From the NCBI GenBank assembly GCA_030747675.1, contig JASLKH010000072.1, positions 1-19,329 on the forward strand: a DNA stretch of 19,329 nucleotides, in the 5' to 3' direction. Both the position numbers and the translations under genes were made by a program. Of this stretch, positions 1-9,471 are shown piece after piece (position 1 is the first letter of the stretch; the number at the start of each line of letters is the position of its first letter). The stretch comes from Candidatus Thalassarchaeaceae archaeon. Its GTDB lineage: Archaea; Thermoplasmatota; Poseidoniia; Poseidoniales; Thalassarchaeaceae. The notes under the pieces were generated by a model. That model made no database searches. It was not told the DNA's origin and saw only the letters and a program-made list of their open reading frames with translations.

Positions 1-1568
<1,568 letters not shown>

Positions 1569-1572
<4 letters not shown>

Positions 1573-2228
1573 TTCCAGTGTCAGAGCCAATTAAAGAATA
1601 TGAAGAAATGTACCTAAAGGCTCTGTATCAATTTCACATGACAGATTCTGATAAACCAATTCGCACGTCAGATTTAGCTAAAGTGATGGGTGTTAGTGCA
1701 GCAGCAGCCAGTGAAATGGTCCAACGTTTGGCAAGTAAAGGATTTTTAGATTATGAACGTTACAAAGGCGCTAAGCTATCGGATATTGGGTTTGTTGAAA
1801 GTGCTCGAATTAAACGACGCGAAGGTTTGATGGAGGTTTTTTTAGTCCGTATGCTCGATTACCAAGGCGATGTTAATGCGGCAGCGTGCAAAATGGAGCA
1901 TGGCTTGAATAATAATTTGGAATCTGCAATTGATAGGTTGCTGGGGTACCCAGAATATACTCCTGATGGTGATTTAATTCCGCAAATTGGCCGGGATATC
2001 CAAACAATTGCGAGCTCAATGCTTTTGCCATTAAGAGCCCTTCCAGAAGGACTCTCTGGGAAAATAGAATTGCTTGTTCTTGAGGGTGCAGATGCCCGCA
2101 CAATGGAAGATTTAGGCATCGTAATCGGTGCGATTATACGATCCACTGCAGACGGATATTATTGTGGAGGTTCCAACGTAAATATTTCTTCAAATTTATC
2201 GAGTCGCATTCTTGTTCGTACTGAATGA
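1569..2228 (+). CDS. DtxR/MntR-family metal-dependent transcriptional regulator with a short FeoA/SH3-like C-terminal domain
   Basis: EEMYLKALY N-terminus; wHTH IRTSDLAKVMGVSAAAASEMVQRLASKGFLDYERYKGAKLS; ACKMEH metal motif. TTG start overlaps the upstream TGA; GTG at 1578 is an alternative start. Confidence 0.9.
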
Positions 2229-2279
2229 TTGAGTATACATAAGCGAATTCATTAGATGCATTAACGCACCCCGGGTGTC

Positions 2280-3908
2280 ATGGGAGAAGACAATATCTCT
2301 ACCGAGGATGCCTTGAAACTCCTCGGAACCTCTTCAAATGGCGTTTCTGCCGATGAAGCAATCTCTGATGCCCAAAACCGCTTAGATATGCGTTCAGGCA
2401 TACCTGATGACGATGTCAAGTCTGTTGAAAATCGGATGGAAAGGTTACGCTCACGCGAAGGTCATTTGCTCAGGCTAGACCGTCTTTTTCTATCCAAAGG
2501 AGTACATCTTTCACTTACACTACCTGCATTTGCGCTTATTTTGCAGTTAATTAGCCGCCGGTTTGCCAGAGGCTCCCCGGATTTTTGGATATCAAGTGTT
2601 GAATCTTCTCTCGAATATGCAACTTTAACACGAGTAAGTGGAATACTTGCTGGAATCATTCTAATCGCCTGGACGTTTACTCTTTTTGTTGTACGAACAT
2701 TGCATCGAACATCACGCAGGGTTTTCGAATGTGAGCGTGATGCATTTGTTCTTCGCGGCCGTCCATTCGAAAGTTTACATGGATACGAAGCCATCCATGA
2801 TGTTACAAACAATGCTATTAATCGTGTATCTGCTGTTCTTACAGTAGTTGTAATTGCTGTTTTCGCACAATTTACAGCCACCTTTGAAGGGGGGCTCTCA
2901 GACGGAGGAGGCGTATTAGTTGGTATTGCTATAGGCGCAACCTTTGCTGCATTTGGCCTTGATTTATTGCGAGGAGGGATCCAGCACAATACGGTTGAGC
3001 GATGGGGTCTTCTCGAAGCATATGACCCACCACTACACCCTGCATGCCCTAACCCCGTTTTCACAGATATATTGACTACTTGGATGGATCCTGTCTTGAG
3101 GGCTAGGTTTGATTCTCACATTCAATCACTTCGCGATGGCCTTCAACCTGGGTGTGAAATACATTCAGCAATTGAACACCTTTTGCACATGCGTTACCTT
3201 GAAGCAAAGGGTGAATTAACCAATCGTCAAGTACGCCAATCGATGGGAAAATGGTTCAGAGATGACTACATCTCTGAACTCTTCGAAAGCGATTGGTTTG
3301 ATGAAGATACATGGACTAAATTGTTCACGCACATCCGGAATCGATGCAGTCCATTTTTTAGACTTCTTGAAAGGTTGCAGTACGACTTGGATGATAATCT
3401 TGAATCACTTCGTTCAGATGCATTACATTTCGATGTTGACATGCAAAATGTAGTGACGGACTCAGGTCATTTATTTGCATACGTTCACAACAGTGATTCT
3501 GAAGAAATGACAATCATTATGAAAATTCAAACACCTGATTTTCAACCCCATGAAAGCGAATTTATGCTAACGCTTTCTGCGAGTTCGGCTCTTGATGAAA
3601 TTGACAAGCACCTTCCTCGAATTTCTTCCACTAGCACCGATGTTCACGATGTTCTTGCTAACATGATGGATGAGGGTGAAATCATTTGGCAAACACTTCT
3701 TCCTCAACATGATGGTGAGGCTACAGTTACAGTCAGAATTGAAGATACTGATGGCAACCTCTTGGGTGGTCGTGTTTTGGCCATACAGATTAGACCGCCA
3801 CTTGAGGAAAGAATACGGAATATAGCGGGTTATTCAGCAGTATTAGCAGGAATCGCCTCAATTCTATACCGTGTAATTCCGTGGCTTGCGGGTCTTGCAG
3901 CACTTTGA
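2280..3908 (+). CDS. Hypothetical multi-pass membrane protein (about 4 N-terminal TM helices, large soluble domain, C-terminal TM helix)
   Basis: 542-aa ORF. Hydrophobic segments include LSLTLPAFALILQLI, ILAGIILIAWTFTLFVV, VSAVLTVVVIAVFAQF, GVLVGIAIGATFAAFGL and the C-terminal YSAVLAGIASILYRVIPWLAGLAAL. No recognised catalytic motif. Confidence 0.75.
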   Translation: MGEDNISTEDALKLLGTSSNGVSADEAISDAQNRLDMRSGIPDDDVKSVENRMERLRSREGHLLRLDRLFLSKGVHLSLTLPAFALILQLISRRFARGSPDFWISSVESSLEYATLTRVSGILAGIILIAWTFTLFVVRTLHRTSRRVFECERDAFVLRGRPFESLHGYEAIHDVTNNAINRVSAVLTVVVIAVFAQFTATFEGGLSDGGGVLVGIAIGATFAAFGLDLLRGGIQHNTVERWGLLEAYDPPLHPACPNPVFTDILTTWMDPVLRARFDSHIQSLRDGLQPGCEIHSAIEHLLHMRYLEAKGELTNRQVRQSMGKWFRDDYISELFESDWFDEDTWTKLFTHIRNRCSPFFRLLERLQYDLDDNLESLRSDALHFDVDMQNVVTDSGHLFAYVHNSDSEEMTIIMKIQTPDFQPHESEFMLTLSASSALDEIDKHLPRISSTSTDVHDVLANMMDEGEIIWQTLLPQHDGEATVTVRIEDTDGNLLGGRVLAIQIRPPLEERIRNIAGYSAVLAGIASILYRVIPWLAGLAAL

Positions 3909-3963
3909 AACATCTCGTTGTGGTACCCGTACGCTTCAAATGGGAATGGTTGGTCGGATAATT

Positions 3964-4977
3964 ATGGCGGATGGGTCACCTGAGTCGAATCTTGCGAATG
4001 CAGATTTGCGTGATCAGTTGAAGTCAATGGAAGCTAAACTATCTCGATTAAGGGATATTCGCCAGCAACACAATGATGCTGGGAAAAGAAATGCTGACAA
4101 GCGAAATTCAGTCCAGAAGGAATACAACAAACTTCGTGATGATATCAAGACTTTGTTAGCAGAAAATAAGGTAATTCGTGCGAAAGCAAAAACTCACCAA
4201 GCCCGCCGCGACGCCATCCAAGAGCAAATTCGCGAACTGATAGGAAGAGCCCGAGATTCGCGGGGTCAGAAGGGTAAAAAATCACCGATAATTGAGTTAT
4301 CTGAACTTAATTCGCAAATAGAAAAACTCGAGCGAATGCTCGAAACAACTCCCATGAAAATTGAGAAGGAAAATAAGGTTGTTAAGTTGGTAAAACAACA
4401 TATGAATCGTCGCAAGGAACTCGAGCCTTTGGTCGAGGAAGCAATGAGAATTAAAATTGATTTAGGGAATATTGAAGGCTCGATTAAAGATCTCAAGGCA
4501 GAAGCTGATGCAGAACATGCCGCCATGGTTGCAACAAATAAGGAAGGTGATGAATTGTGGTCCACAATTGAGCCTAGGTTCGAAGAGAGAGATTTCAAGA
4601 AGGCTGAAGGCGATCGTCATCATGAAGCATTCGTGGAATGTCGAAAGAAAGCCGATGAAGCGCACCAAGATGTCCTTTCAATGCTCGCGCAAGTGAATGA
4701 AATTCGTGATAAACTCAAGCAAGAGAGGCTTGAAGCCCAATCGTGGATTGATGAGCATAATGATTCTGTGAGGAAGGAACTTACTACTCCTGACCAGGAT
4801 GAAGATTTAGCCAAGAGTCTCACTGAAGCACTTCTTGCGGGGAGTAATGTTTCAATTGGCGGCACAGAGCGAGGCACTAATGCGAATATTCGGACTCAAC
4901 GTGAAAATAAAACTCCACAAAGACGTCGAGGTGCCTCTCGTGGCAACCGTGGCCGTTCCAAGCCGAAATCAGAATGA
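3964..4977 (+). CDS. Archaeal long coiled-coil protein (COG1340-like) with a basic Arg/Gly-rich C-terminal tail
   Basis: Continuous E/K/R/L/A-rich heptad character. ATG 3964 is preferred over the track start 3886, which overlaps the upstream gene. Tail: QRRRGASRGNRGRSKPKSE. Confidence 0.7.
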   Translation: MADGSPESNLANADLRDQLKSMEAKLSRLRDIRQQHNDAGKRNADKRNSVQKEYNKLRDDIKTLLAENKVIRAKAKTHQARRDAIQEQIRELIGRARDSRGQKGKKSPIIELSELNSQIEKLERMLETTPMKIEKENKVVKLVKQHMNRRKELEPLVEEAMRIKIDLGNIEGSIKDLKAEADAEHAAMVATNKEGDELWSTIEPRFEERDFKKAEGDRHHEAFVECRKKADEAHQDVLSMLAQVNEIRDKLKQERLEAQSWIDEHNDSVRKELTTPDQDEDLAKSLTEALLAGSNVSIGGTERGTNANIRTQRENKTPQRRRGASRGNRGRSKPKSE

Positions 4978-5288
4978 GATATTCTGATGTAACTTCAAAT
5001 TCTGAAGGGGCCATTCTCAAATACCGTCTTGATTGCGACCTACCCATGCCACACCACCCGGGTGCCCCTGAACGGAGTTACAATCGTTCATGGGATGAAA
5101 TTGAGGAGATGCTGAGTGTTGCAGAAAATCGAGCCATTGAATGGCAAAACTGGTTTGAAAATTGTCGAGAAGACGGTGATCGGGATGGGATGAAAGAGGC
5201 CGCTAGGAATTACAAAGCGCTGCAGGGAGTTGTGAAGTGTCTCAAATGGGTATTGGGTGAGGAAGGCGTTAACCACCCACTAGAATAG
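4974..5288 (+). CDS. Small hypothetical helical protein
   Basis: 104-aa ORF with an ATGA overlap on the upstream stop (ATG 5046 is an alternative start). Protein-like core: SWDEIEEML...EAARNYKALQGVVKCLKWVLGE. Confidence 0.7.
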   Translation: MRYSDVTSNSEGAILKYRLDCDLPMPHHPGAPERSYNRSWDEIEEMLSVAENRAIEWQNWFENCREDGDRDGMKEAARNYKALQGVVKCLKWVLGEEGVNHPLE

Positions 5289-5291
5289 TAT

Positions 5292-6224
5292 TCAAATGGA
5301 TTGGTTGAAAAAATCTACTGTGTACTGTAATGAATGTTCCCGAGCATCTGGATTACCTCCTGCATGTGCACCAATGTTTTGAGCAAATTGGAATGCCGCT
5401 AATCTATGATGTGGCTCATTTAAGGAGATGATTTCCCCTGGTGTTTTTTCAGCCCAAAGATCGCCATTCATATCAATTTCAACATGTCTGTGATCTAGAC
5501 GAATTGCATTTGGGAGCCATTTAACATCTTCTTCGGAATCAAACGCATGATGTGCTCCAGGGTAAATGTGAAGTGAAATATTTCCTCTTTGGGACCGAAT
5601 CATTTCAGATATTTTTTCCACAAAATGAACAGGGGTATAATCGTCATCTGAACCATGTAATATCGAAATTGGAGCCGTTGACCATCTGTTGATTTCAGGC
5701 CTCATGTGGGCGGCTGGATAAATTGGCATATGGGCACAAAATCTTTCTCCATTGGGGGCTAATGCTTCCGCGATAGGTAACCATGCTGAATATAGTGCAA
5801 CAGTCCCTCCCAAACTCCAGCCTGCAATTGCAATGTTATCTTCTTGAATTAGTGGATGTGTTTTTAGTAACTTGAGCGCACAAAAAGCATCATTAATCAT
5901 CATTGCATGTGTAACCATCATTTGGTTATCAACAATTTCGGCAATTTTCCTTGATTCAAAGGTATGCAGTTTGAAAACTGCAAACCCCGCCTCAAGCCAA
6001 TTATTGATATGATCTAGATGGTGTTCTCGCCAACCAAGACTTCCGTGGCAAGCCACAATACAAGGAAAATTACCAGTTTTATTTAATGGGAAAAAGAGTT
6101 CACCGAATACCGGGTGCTCGGTATTCTCTCCCGATTTAAGGATGTGTGGAATTTCAAAAGGACTCGCGGAAAGAAATGGTATTTCACCAACATCTTCGAG
6201 TGACAATTTTTCTTTGCATCCCAT
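5292..6224 (-). CDS. Dienelactone hydrolase-family alpha/beta hydrolase (Ser nucleophile)
   Basis: CHGSLG oxyanion region, GWSLGG nucleophile elbow, HGSDDDYTP (Asp), YPGAHHAFD (His). SD GAGGTGA upstream of the ATG. Confidence 0.88.
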   Translation of the reverse strand: MGCKEKLSLEDVGEIPFLSASPFEIPHILKSGENTEHPVFGELFFPLNKTGNFPCIVACHGSLGWREHHLDHINNWLEAGFAVFKLHTFESRKIAEIVDNQMMVTHAMMINDAFCALKLLKTHPLIQEDNIAIAGWSLGGTVALYSAWLPIAEALAPNGERFCAHMPIYPAAHMRPEINRWSTAPISILHGSDDDYTPVHFVEKISEMIRSQRGNISLHIYPGAHHAFDSEEDVKWLPNAIRLDHRHVEIDMNGDLWAEKTPGEIISLNEPHHRLAAFQFAQNIGAHAGGNPDAREHSLQYTVDFFNQSI

Positions 6225-6228
6225 GATA

Positions 6229-6235
6229 TCACCTC
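6229..6235 (-). promoter_or_regulatory. Shine-Dalgarno GAGGTGA for the hydrolase gene, overlapping the upstream gene's stop codon
   Basis: The + strand reads tcacctc at 6229-6235, 4 nt from the ATG at 6224. It is a canonical archaeal SD. Confidence 0.7.
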
Positions 6236-6476
6236 AACGCGATCCTTGAACAAAAATAAAGTTTAGAATTGCTTGATAAATAAGGAACCATATCAAAAGT
6301 ATCCCACAAAGTGCTTCAAGAGGGGGATCTTTGTCGAAAGCGATTCCATATGCAACGATAAATACAATCAATCCTATGGCGAAACCAATTCGCCATGTAA
6401 TTTGCAAAAAGATACTCTTCTTCGTTGTAAGTTCTTTCCAACCCTCAAAGCCAAACCATTTCCGAATTAAGCTCAT
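6234..6476 (-). CDS. Small hypothetical two-TM membrane protein
   Basis: 80-aa ORF with two hydrophobic segments (IGFAIGLIVFIVAYGIAF; ALCGILLIWFLIYQAILNFIFV). It fits exactly between pdxS (2-bp gap) and the hydrolase gene. Confidence 0.75.
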   Translation of the reverse strand: MSLIRKWFGFEGWKELTTKKSIFLQITWRIGFAIGLIVFIVAYGIAFDKDPPLEALCGILLIWFLIYQAILNFIFVQGSR

Positions 6477-6478
6477 GA

Positions 6479-7465
6479 TTACCAGCCACGTTGATCCATT
6501 CTCACATCAAGCGTTTCTATTTCTAAACCATCCATTGGACGACCTGCCATCATTGCACTGGCCTCAGCAATTTTTTCAGGGTTATTGTAGTGATGCGTAG
6601 CCATTACAATTGCCTCCGCAGTGGTGGTTGGATTTTCTGATTTGAAAATTCCTGAACCAACGAATACACCATCCATATTGTGCCGCATGAGAAGGGCTGC
6701 ATCTGCTGGTGTGGCAATTCCACCTGCTGAGAACGTGACAACCGGTAACCGTCCCATTCCGCGTACTTCTCCCAAGATTTCAACAATACTATCGTGATTT
6801 GCGGCCATACTACCGAAAGGTGTATTTTCTACCGTAAGGGCGTGTTCACTGGCTTTTTCTAAGCGACGGAAACCATCACTAATTGTTCTTGCAATTGTTT
6901 CAAATTCAGCATCAGTGGCTCGCTGTATGAGTTCGATTTCACTAGCAACAAGTCTTGCATGTTGTACAGCGGCAACGACATTCCCCGTCCCTGCTTCACC
7001 TTTTGTTCGGATCATTGCAGCACCTTCCATTATTCTACGAACGGCTTCTCCCAGATTTGTACAACCACAAACAAATGGAATGGTGAATTCATTTTTCGCA
7101 ATATGGTAGAATGGATCGGCCGGTGTCAAAACCTCCGATTCATCAACCATGTCAACGCCAAGTGCTTCAAGCACTCTTGCTTCTTCATCATGACCAATTC
7201 TTGCTTTGGCCATGACAGGTATACTTGTAGTTTCAATAATTCCATTGATGAGATCCGGATGACTCATCCTAGCAACTCCTCCGTCTGCCCGAATATCGGC
7301 TGGAACCCTTTCTAATGCCATTACACTGGCCGCCCCAGCATCTTCAGCGATGTGTGCTTGTTCCGGTGTGACGACATCCATTATGACGCCCCCTTCCTGC
7401 ATCTTAGCAAATCCTCGCTTCAGTAACTCAGTACCTTTACGCATCTCATTCAAATCAATCGACAT
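6479..7465 (-). CDS. pdxS: Pyridoxal 5'-phosphate synthase lyase subunit PdxS, archaeal long form with a ~30-aa insertion
   Basis: [88 protein letters not shown]. Start ATG 7465 ([12 protein letters not shown]) is preferred by homology; ATG 7525 is an alternative. Confidence 0.97.
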   Translation of the reverse strand: MSIDLNEMRKGTELLKRGFAKMQEGGVIMDVVTPEQAHIAEDAGAASVMALERVPADIRADGGVARMSHPDLINGIIETTSIPVMAKARIGHDEEARVLEALGVDMVDESEVLTPADPFYHIAKNEFTIPFVCGCTNLGEAVRRIMEGAAMIRTKGEAGTGNVVAAVQHARLVASEIELIQRATDAEFETIARTISDGFRRLEKASEHALTVENTPFGSMAANHDSIVEILGEVRGMGRLPVVTFSAGGIATPADAALLMRHNMDGVFVGSGIFKSENPTTTAEAIVMATHHYNNPEKIAEASAMMAGRPMDGLEIETLDVRMDQRGW

Positions 7466-7524
7466 GTCTTTCGGTCTTGTGGACCAAAGTTTTGCATTAG
7501 AACCTTCGTTAGAGTCCGTGAGCA

Positions 7525-7803
7525 TTAGTCTTCTGCTAGAATCGGCGAATCGCCTTCTGCAATTTCTGCGTCTACGGCTTCTTTTTCGTTACGATCAATC
7601 CACGCTTCTTCTTCGTCAGGAACGTCTGTGTCGGCGAAGATAGCATCAACTGGGCACTCTGCGATACAGGCTCCACAATCAATGCAGTCATCGGGGTCGA
7701 TTACCAAGTAAGTTGGTAATTCACGAAATGCTTCTACAGGGCATACAGCCACGCACTCTTGATATTTTTTATCAACACAGGCGGTCGTTACAACGTGTGT
7801 CAT
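7525..7803 (-). CDS. fdxA: 7Fe ([3Fe-4S][4Fe-4S]) ferredoxin of the FdxA/Azotobacter FdI type
   Basis: C9-x7-C17-x3-C21-P plus C40-x2-C43-x2-C46-x3-C50-P, with acidic tail [13 protein letters not shown]. This matches the AvFdI cluster-ligand spacing. Confidence 0.9.
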   Translation of the reverse strand: MTHVVTTACVDKKYQECVAVCPVEAFRELPTYLVIDPDDCIDCGACIAECPVDAIFADTDVPDEEEAWIDRNEKEAVDAEIAEGDSPILAED

Positions 7804-7841
7804 GAACTTGGGGCACAGCCAACAAATATCAAGTCTTGTGA

Positions 7842-7861
7842 TTAGGTTGCCTTTAAACTAA
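7842..7861. promoter_or_regulatory. Candidate DtxR/IdeR-box-like inverted repeat upstream of the ferredoxin gene
   Basis: TTAGGTT-GCCTTT-AAACTAA. The arms pair at 6 of 7 positions and the left arm is identical to the DtxR consensus half-site TTAGGTT. The spacer is 6 nt rather than the canonical 5. Confidence 0.35.
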
Positions 7862-7877
7862 ACTTTTATACCAATGA

Positions 7878-8330
7878 TTAATTATTCTTTTTCGCCTTTT
7901 TTGCAGCATTGGAGAGCAGTTCCCTGGCAATCAATATGGGGTCCTGGCCAGGATAAACTTCTAATTTGAATCGTCCTTTAACAACACCATCGCCTCCATC
8001 TTGCATCAATTGAATTCGGCCACAAACTAATGATGCTAAATCTAGACGAAGATGTAATGTATTCCCCTCATCAATCCGTTCTGCTAAGTCGCCAGACTCA
8101 GCTAGTTTTGTTAACAAATTGAACCCGAGATTGGATACCGCTTCACGAGCCTGTTTTTTCCGCTCAATATGAGCTTTGATAAGAATCATTTTTGGGCCGA
8201 AATAGGACTTCACCTTTTCACGACTAATCGCTGCATATCCACCCGTCAGCCAACTCAATGATTCTTCGATAGTATTGTCCAAGCCCACAGCACTTGAGGT
8301 GGCAGACCAGGTTAAATTGTGCATTGACAT
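7878..8330 (-). CDS. Archaeal RNA-binding protein (COG1325 / DUF54-type, 'predicted exosome subunit')
   Basis: EKVKSYFGPKMILIKAHIE...ERIDEGNTLHLRLD...VVKGRFKLEVYPG resembles the family pattern (G.yG..i; riD....lylRlDK; ikv..k...yp). Confidence 0.75.
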   Translation of the reverse strand: MSMHNLTWSATSSAVGLDNTIEESLSWLTGGYAAISREKVKSYFGPKMILIKAHIERKKQAREAVSNLGFNLLTKLAESGDLAERIDEGNTLHLRLDLASLVCGRIQLMQDGGDGVVKGRFKLEVYPGQDPILIARELLSNAAKKAKKNN

Positions 8331-8434
8331 ACTGCTCTAGAAGGGCCGTGAAGCCAGTGGCCTATGAATTGTCTTGTAATGAATTTCTTATTTCGACCCC
8401 TATGGGGTCCAGGGGCGTCGTTCATATACTCAGG

Positions 8435-8475
8435 TCAGGTCGCGAGGCCGCTAGTGGGGTAGCCCCCGCGACTGA
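8435..8475 (+). other. GC-rich stem-loop immediately upstream of rps3ae, touching its SD
   Basis: GTCGCG (8439-8444) pairs with CGCGAC (8467-8472). The stem extends via TCA (8435-37) with TGA (8473-75) around a bulged G, and encloses an inner GGGG-TAG-CCCC hairpin (8456-8466). SD GAGGAG lies at 8474-8479 and the ATG at 8490. Confidence 0.5.
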
Positions 8476-8489
8476 GGAGTGGATGAATC

Positions 8490-9461
8490 ATGGCCAGTAA
8501 GGGCTCAGCATCACGTGCTGCAGCAAGGAAACAGAAAGACAAGTGGAAGGCCAAAAGATGGTATAAAATCCGCGCGCCTCGACAGCCATGGCACTTCAAA
8601 CTCATTGGTGAAACATTAGGAGAAGAAGATGAACTCCTCATCGGTCGCATGTATGAAATTACTCAGCAAGAAGTCGATGGTGACTTTAGCAAACTGAATG
8701 TGAAACTCAAGTTTAGAGTTTCAGAGATTATCGGGCAAGATGCAATTACAATTTTTGCAGGGCATGAAGTTCTGAAGGATCACGTACGTCGCCAAGTTCG
8801 TCGATATCGTGGAAAGGTAGATGATGTTGTTGATGCAGTAACAGAAGATGGTTATTATGTCCGAATTAAGCCATTTTTGATTACTCAAGGGCGTGTGAAA
8901 AGCAGCCAGAAGAAAGGAATGCGCGACGCCAGCAGAAACATCATTTTACAAATTGCTGCTCGCACCAGTTGGCTTAACTTACAAAAAATGATTCTAAACG
9001 GTGATCTTGAGAAAGAGATAGAGCAAGCAGCTCGTAAGATTGCGGCGGTCCGCACTGTAATTATTCGCAAGAGCCAACTCGTTCAGGAAGGAGTTCTAGT
9101 TGATGATGGACCAACGTTGGATGAAATCCGCGAAACTGAGTCTCGTGCAGCAGCAGCAAAGGCTGCGGCATTGGAAGCAGCTATGGAAGATGAAGATGAA
9201 GGTTCACCTGATGTTCTTGCTGCTGCAGAAGCAGCTGGCGATGGTGCAGGTGCAGAAGAAGCAGAAGAAGCAGAAGAAGCAGAAGAAGCAGAAGAAGCAG
9301 AAGAAGCAGAAGAAGCAGAAGAAGCAGAAGGTGCGCCCAGCAATGAAGGCAATCCAGATTATTCTTCAATGAAGGTTGCTGAACTAAAAGAGCTTCTGAA
9401 GGCAGCAGGGAAGCCAGTTTCTGGAAAGAAGGACGATTTAATCGCCCGATTGATGGAGTAG
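8490..9461 (+). CDS. rps3ae: 30S ribosomal protein S3Ae (eS1) with an acidic linker and a C-terminal SAP/HeH-like domain
   Basis: KQKDKWKAKRWYKIRAP, LIGRMYEIT, KLKFRV, HEVLKDHVRRQVRRYRGKVDDVVDAVTEDGY and IRKSQL are eS1 motifs. The C-terminus DYSSMKVAELKELLKAAGKPVSGKKDDLIARL fits the SAP consensus. Confidence 0.95.
   Translation: MASKGSASRAAARKQKDKWKAKRWYKIRAPRQPWHFKLIGETLGEEDELLIGRMYEITQQEVDGDFSKLNVKLKFRVSEIIGQDAITIFAGHEVLKDHVRRQVRRYRGKVDDVVDAVTEDGYYVRIKPFLITQGRVKSSQKKGMRDASRNIILQIAARTSWLNLQKMILNGDLEKEIEQAARKIAAVRTVIIRKSQLVQEGVLVDDGPTLDEIRETESRAAAAKAAALEAAMEDEDEGSPDVLAAAEAAGDGAGAEEAEEAEEAEEAEEAEEAEEAEEAEGAPSNEGNPDYSSMKVAELKELLKAAGKPVSGKKDDLIARLME
9252..9323 (+). repeat. Perfect 9-nt tandem repeat (GCAGAAGAA)x8 encoding (AEE)8
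   Basis: Eight exact copies counted, plus a partial GCAGAAG at 9324-9330. Confidence 0.97.
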
Positions 9462-9471
9462 GTGGGGCCAA

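Noticed and set aside
2280-2400. N-terminus EDALKLLGTSSNGVSADEA...RL resembling a P-type ATPase N-terminal segment or J-domain helix
   Set aside because: There is no DKTGT, TGES or HPD motif in the protein, so the short resemblance is insufficient.
5055-5064. Palindrome CACCCGGGTG and the similar GCACCCCGGGTGTC at 2266-2279
   Set aside because: These are short GC palindromes, one inside a CDS. There are too few copies to call a repeat family or operator.
6775-6885. ~30-aa insertion in PdxS relative to B. subtilis
   Set aside because: A comparable insertion is already known in archaeal PdxS (e.g. Pyrococcus), so it is not novel.
9083-9471. Antisense and alternate-frame ORFs with poly-Leu, (SSA)n or (QKK)n tracts
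   Set aside because: They are by-products of the GCAGAAGAA repeat within rps3ae, read in other frames.
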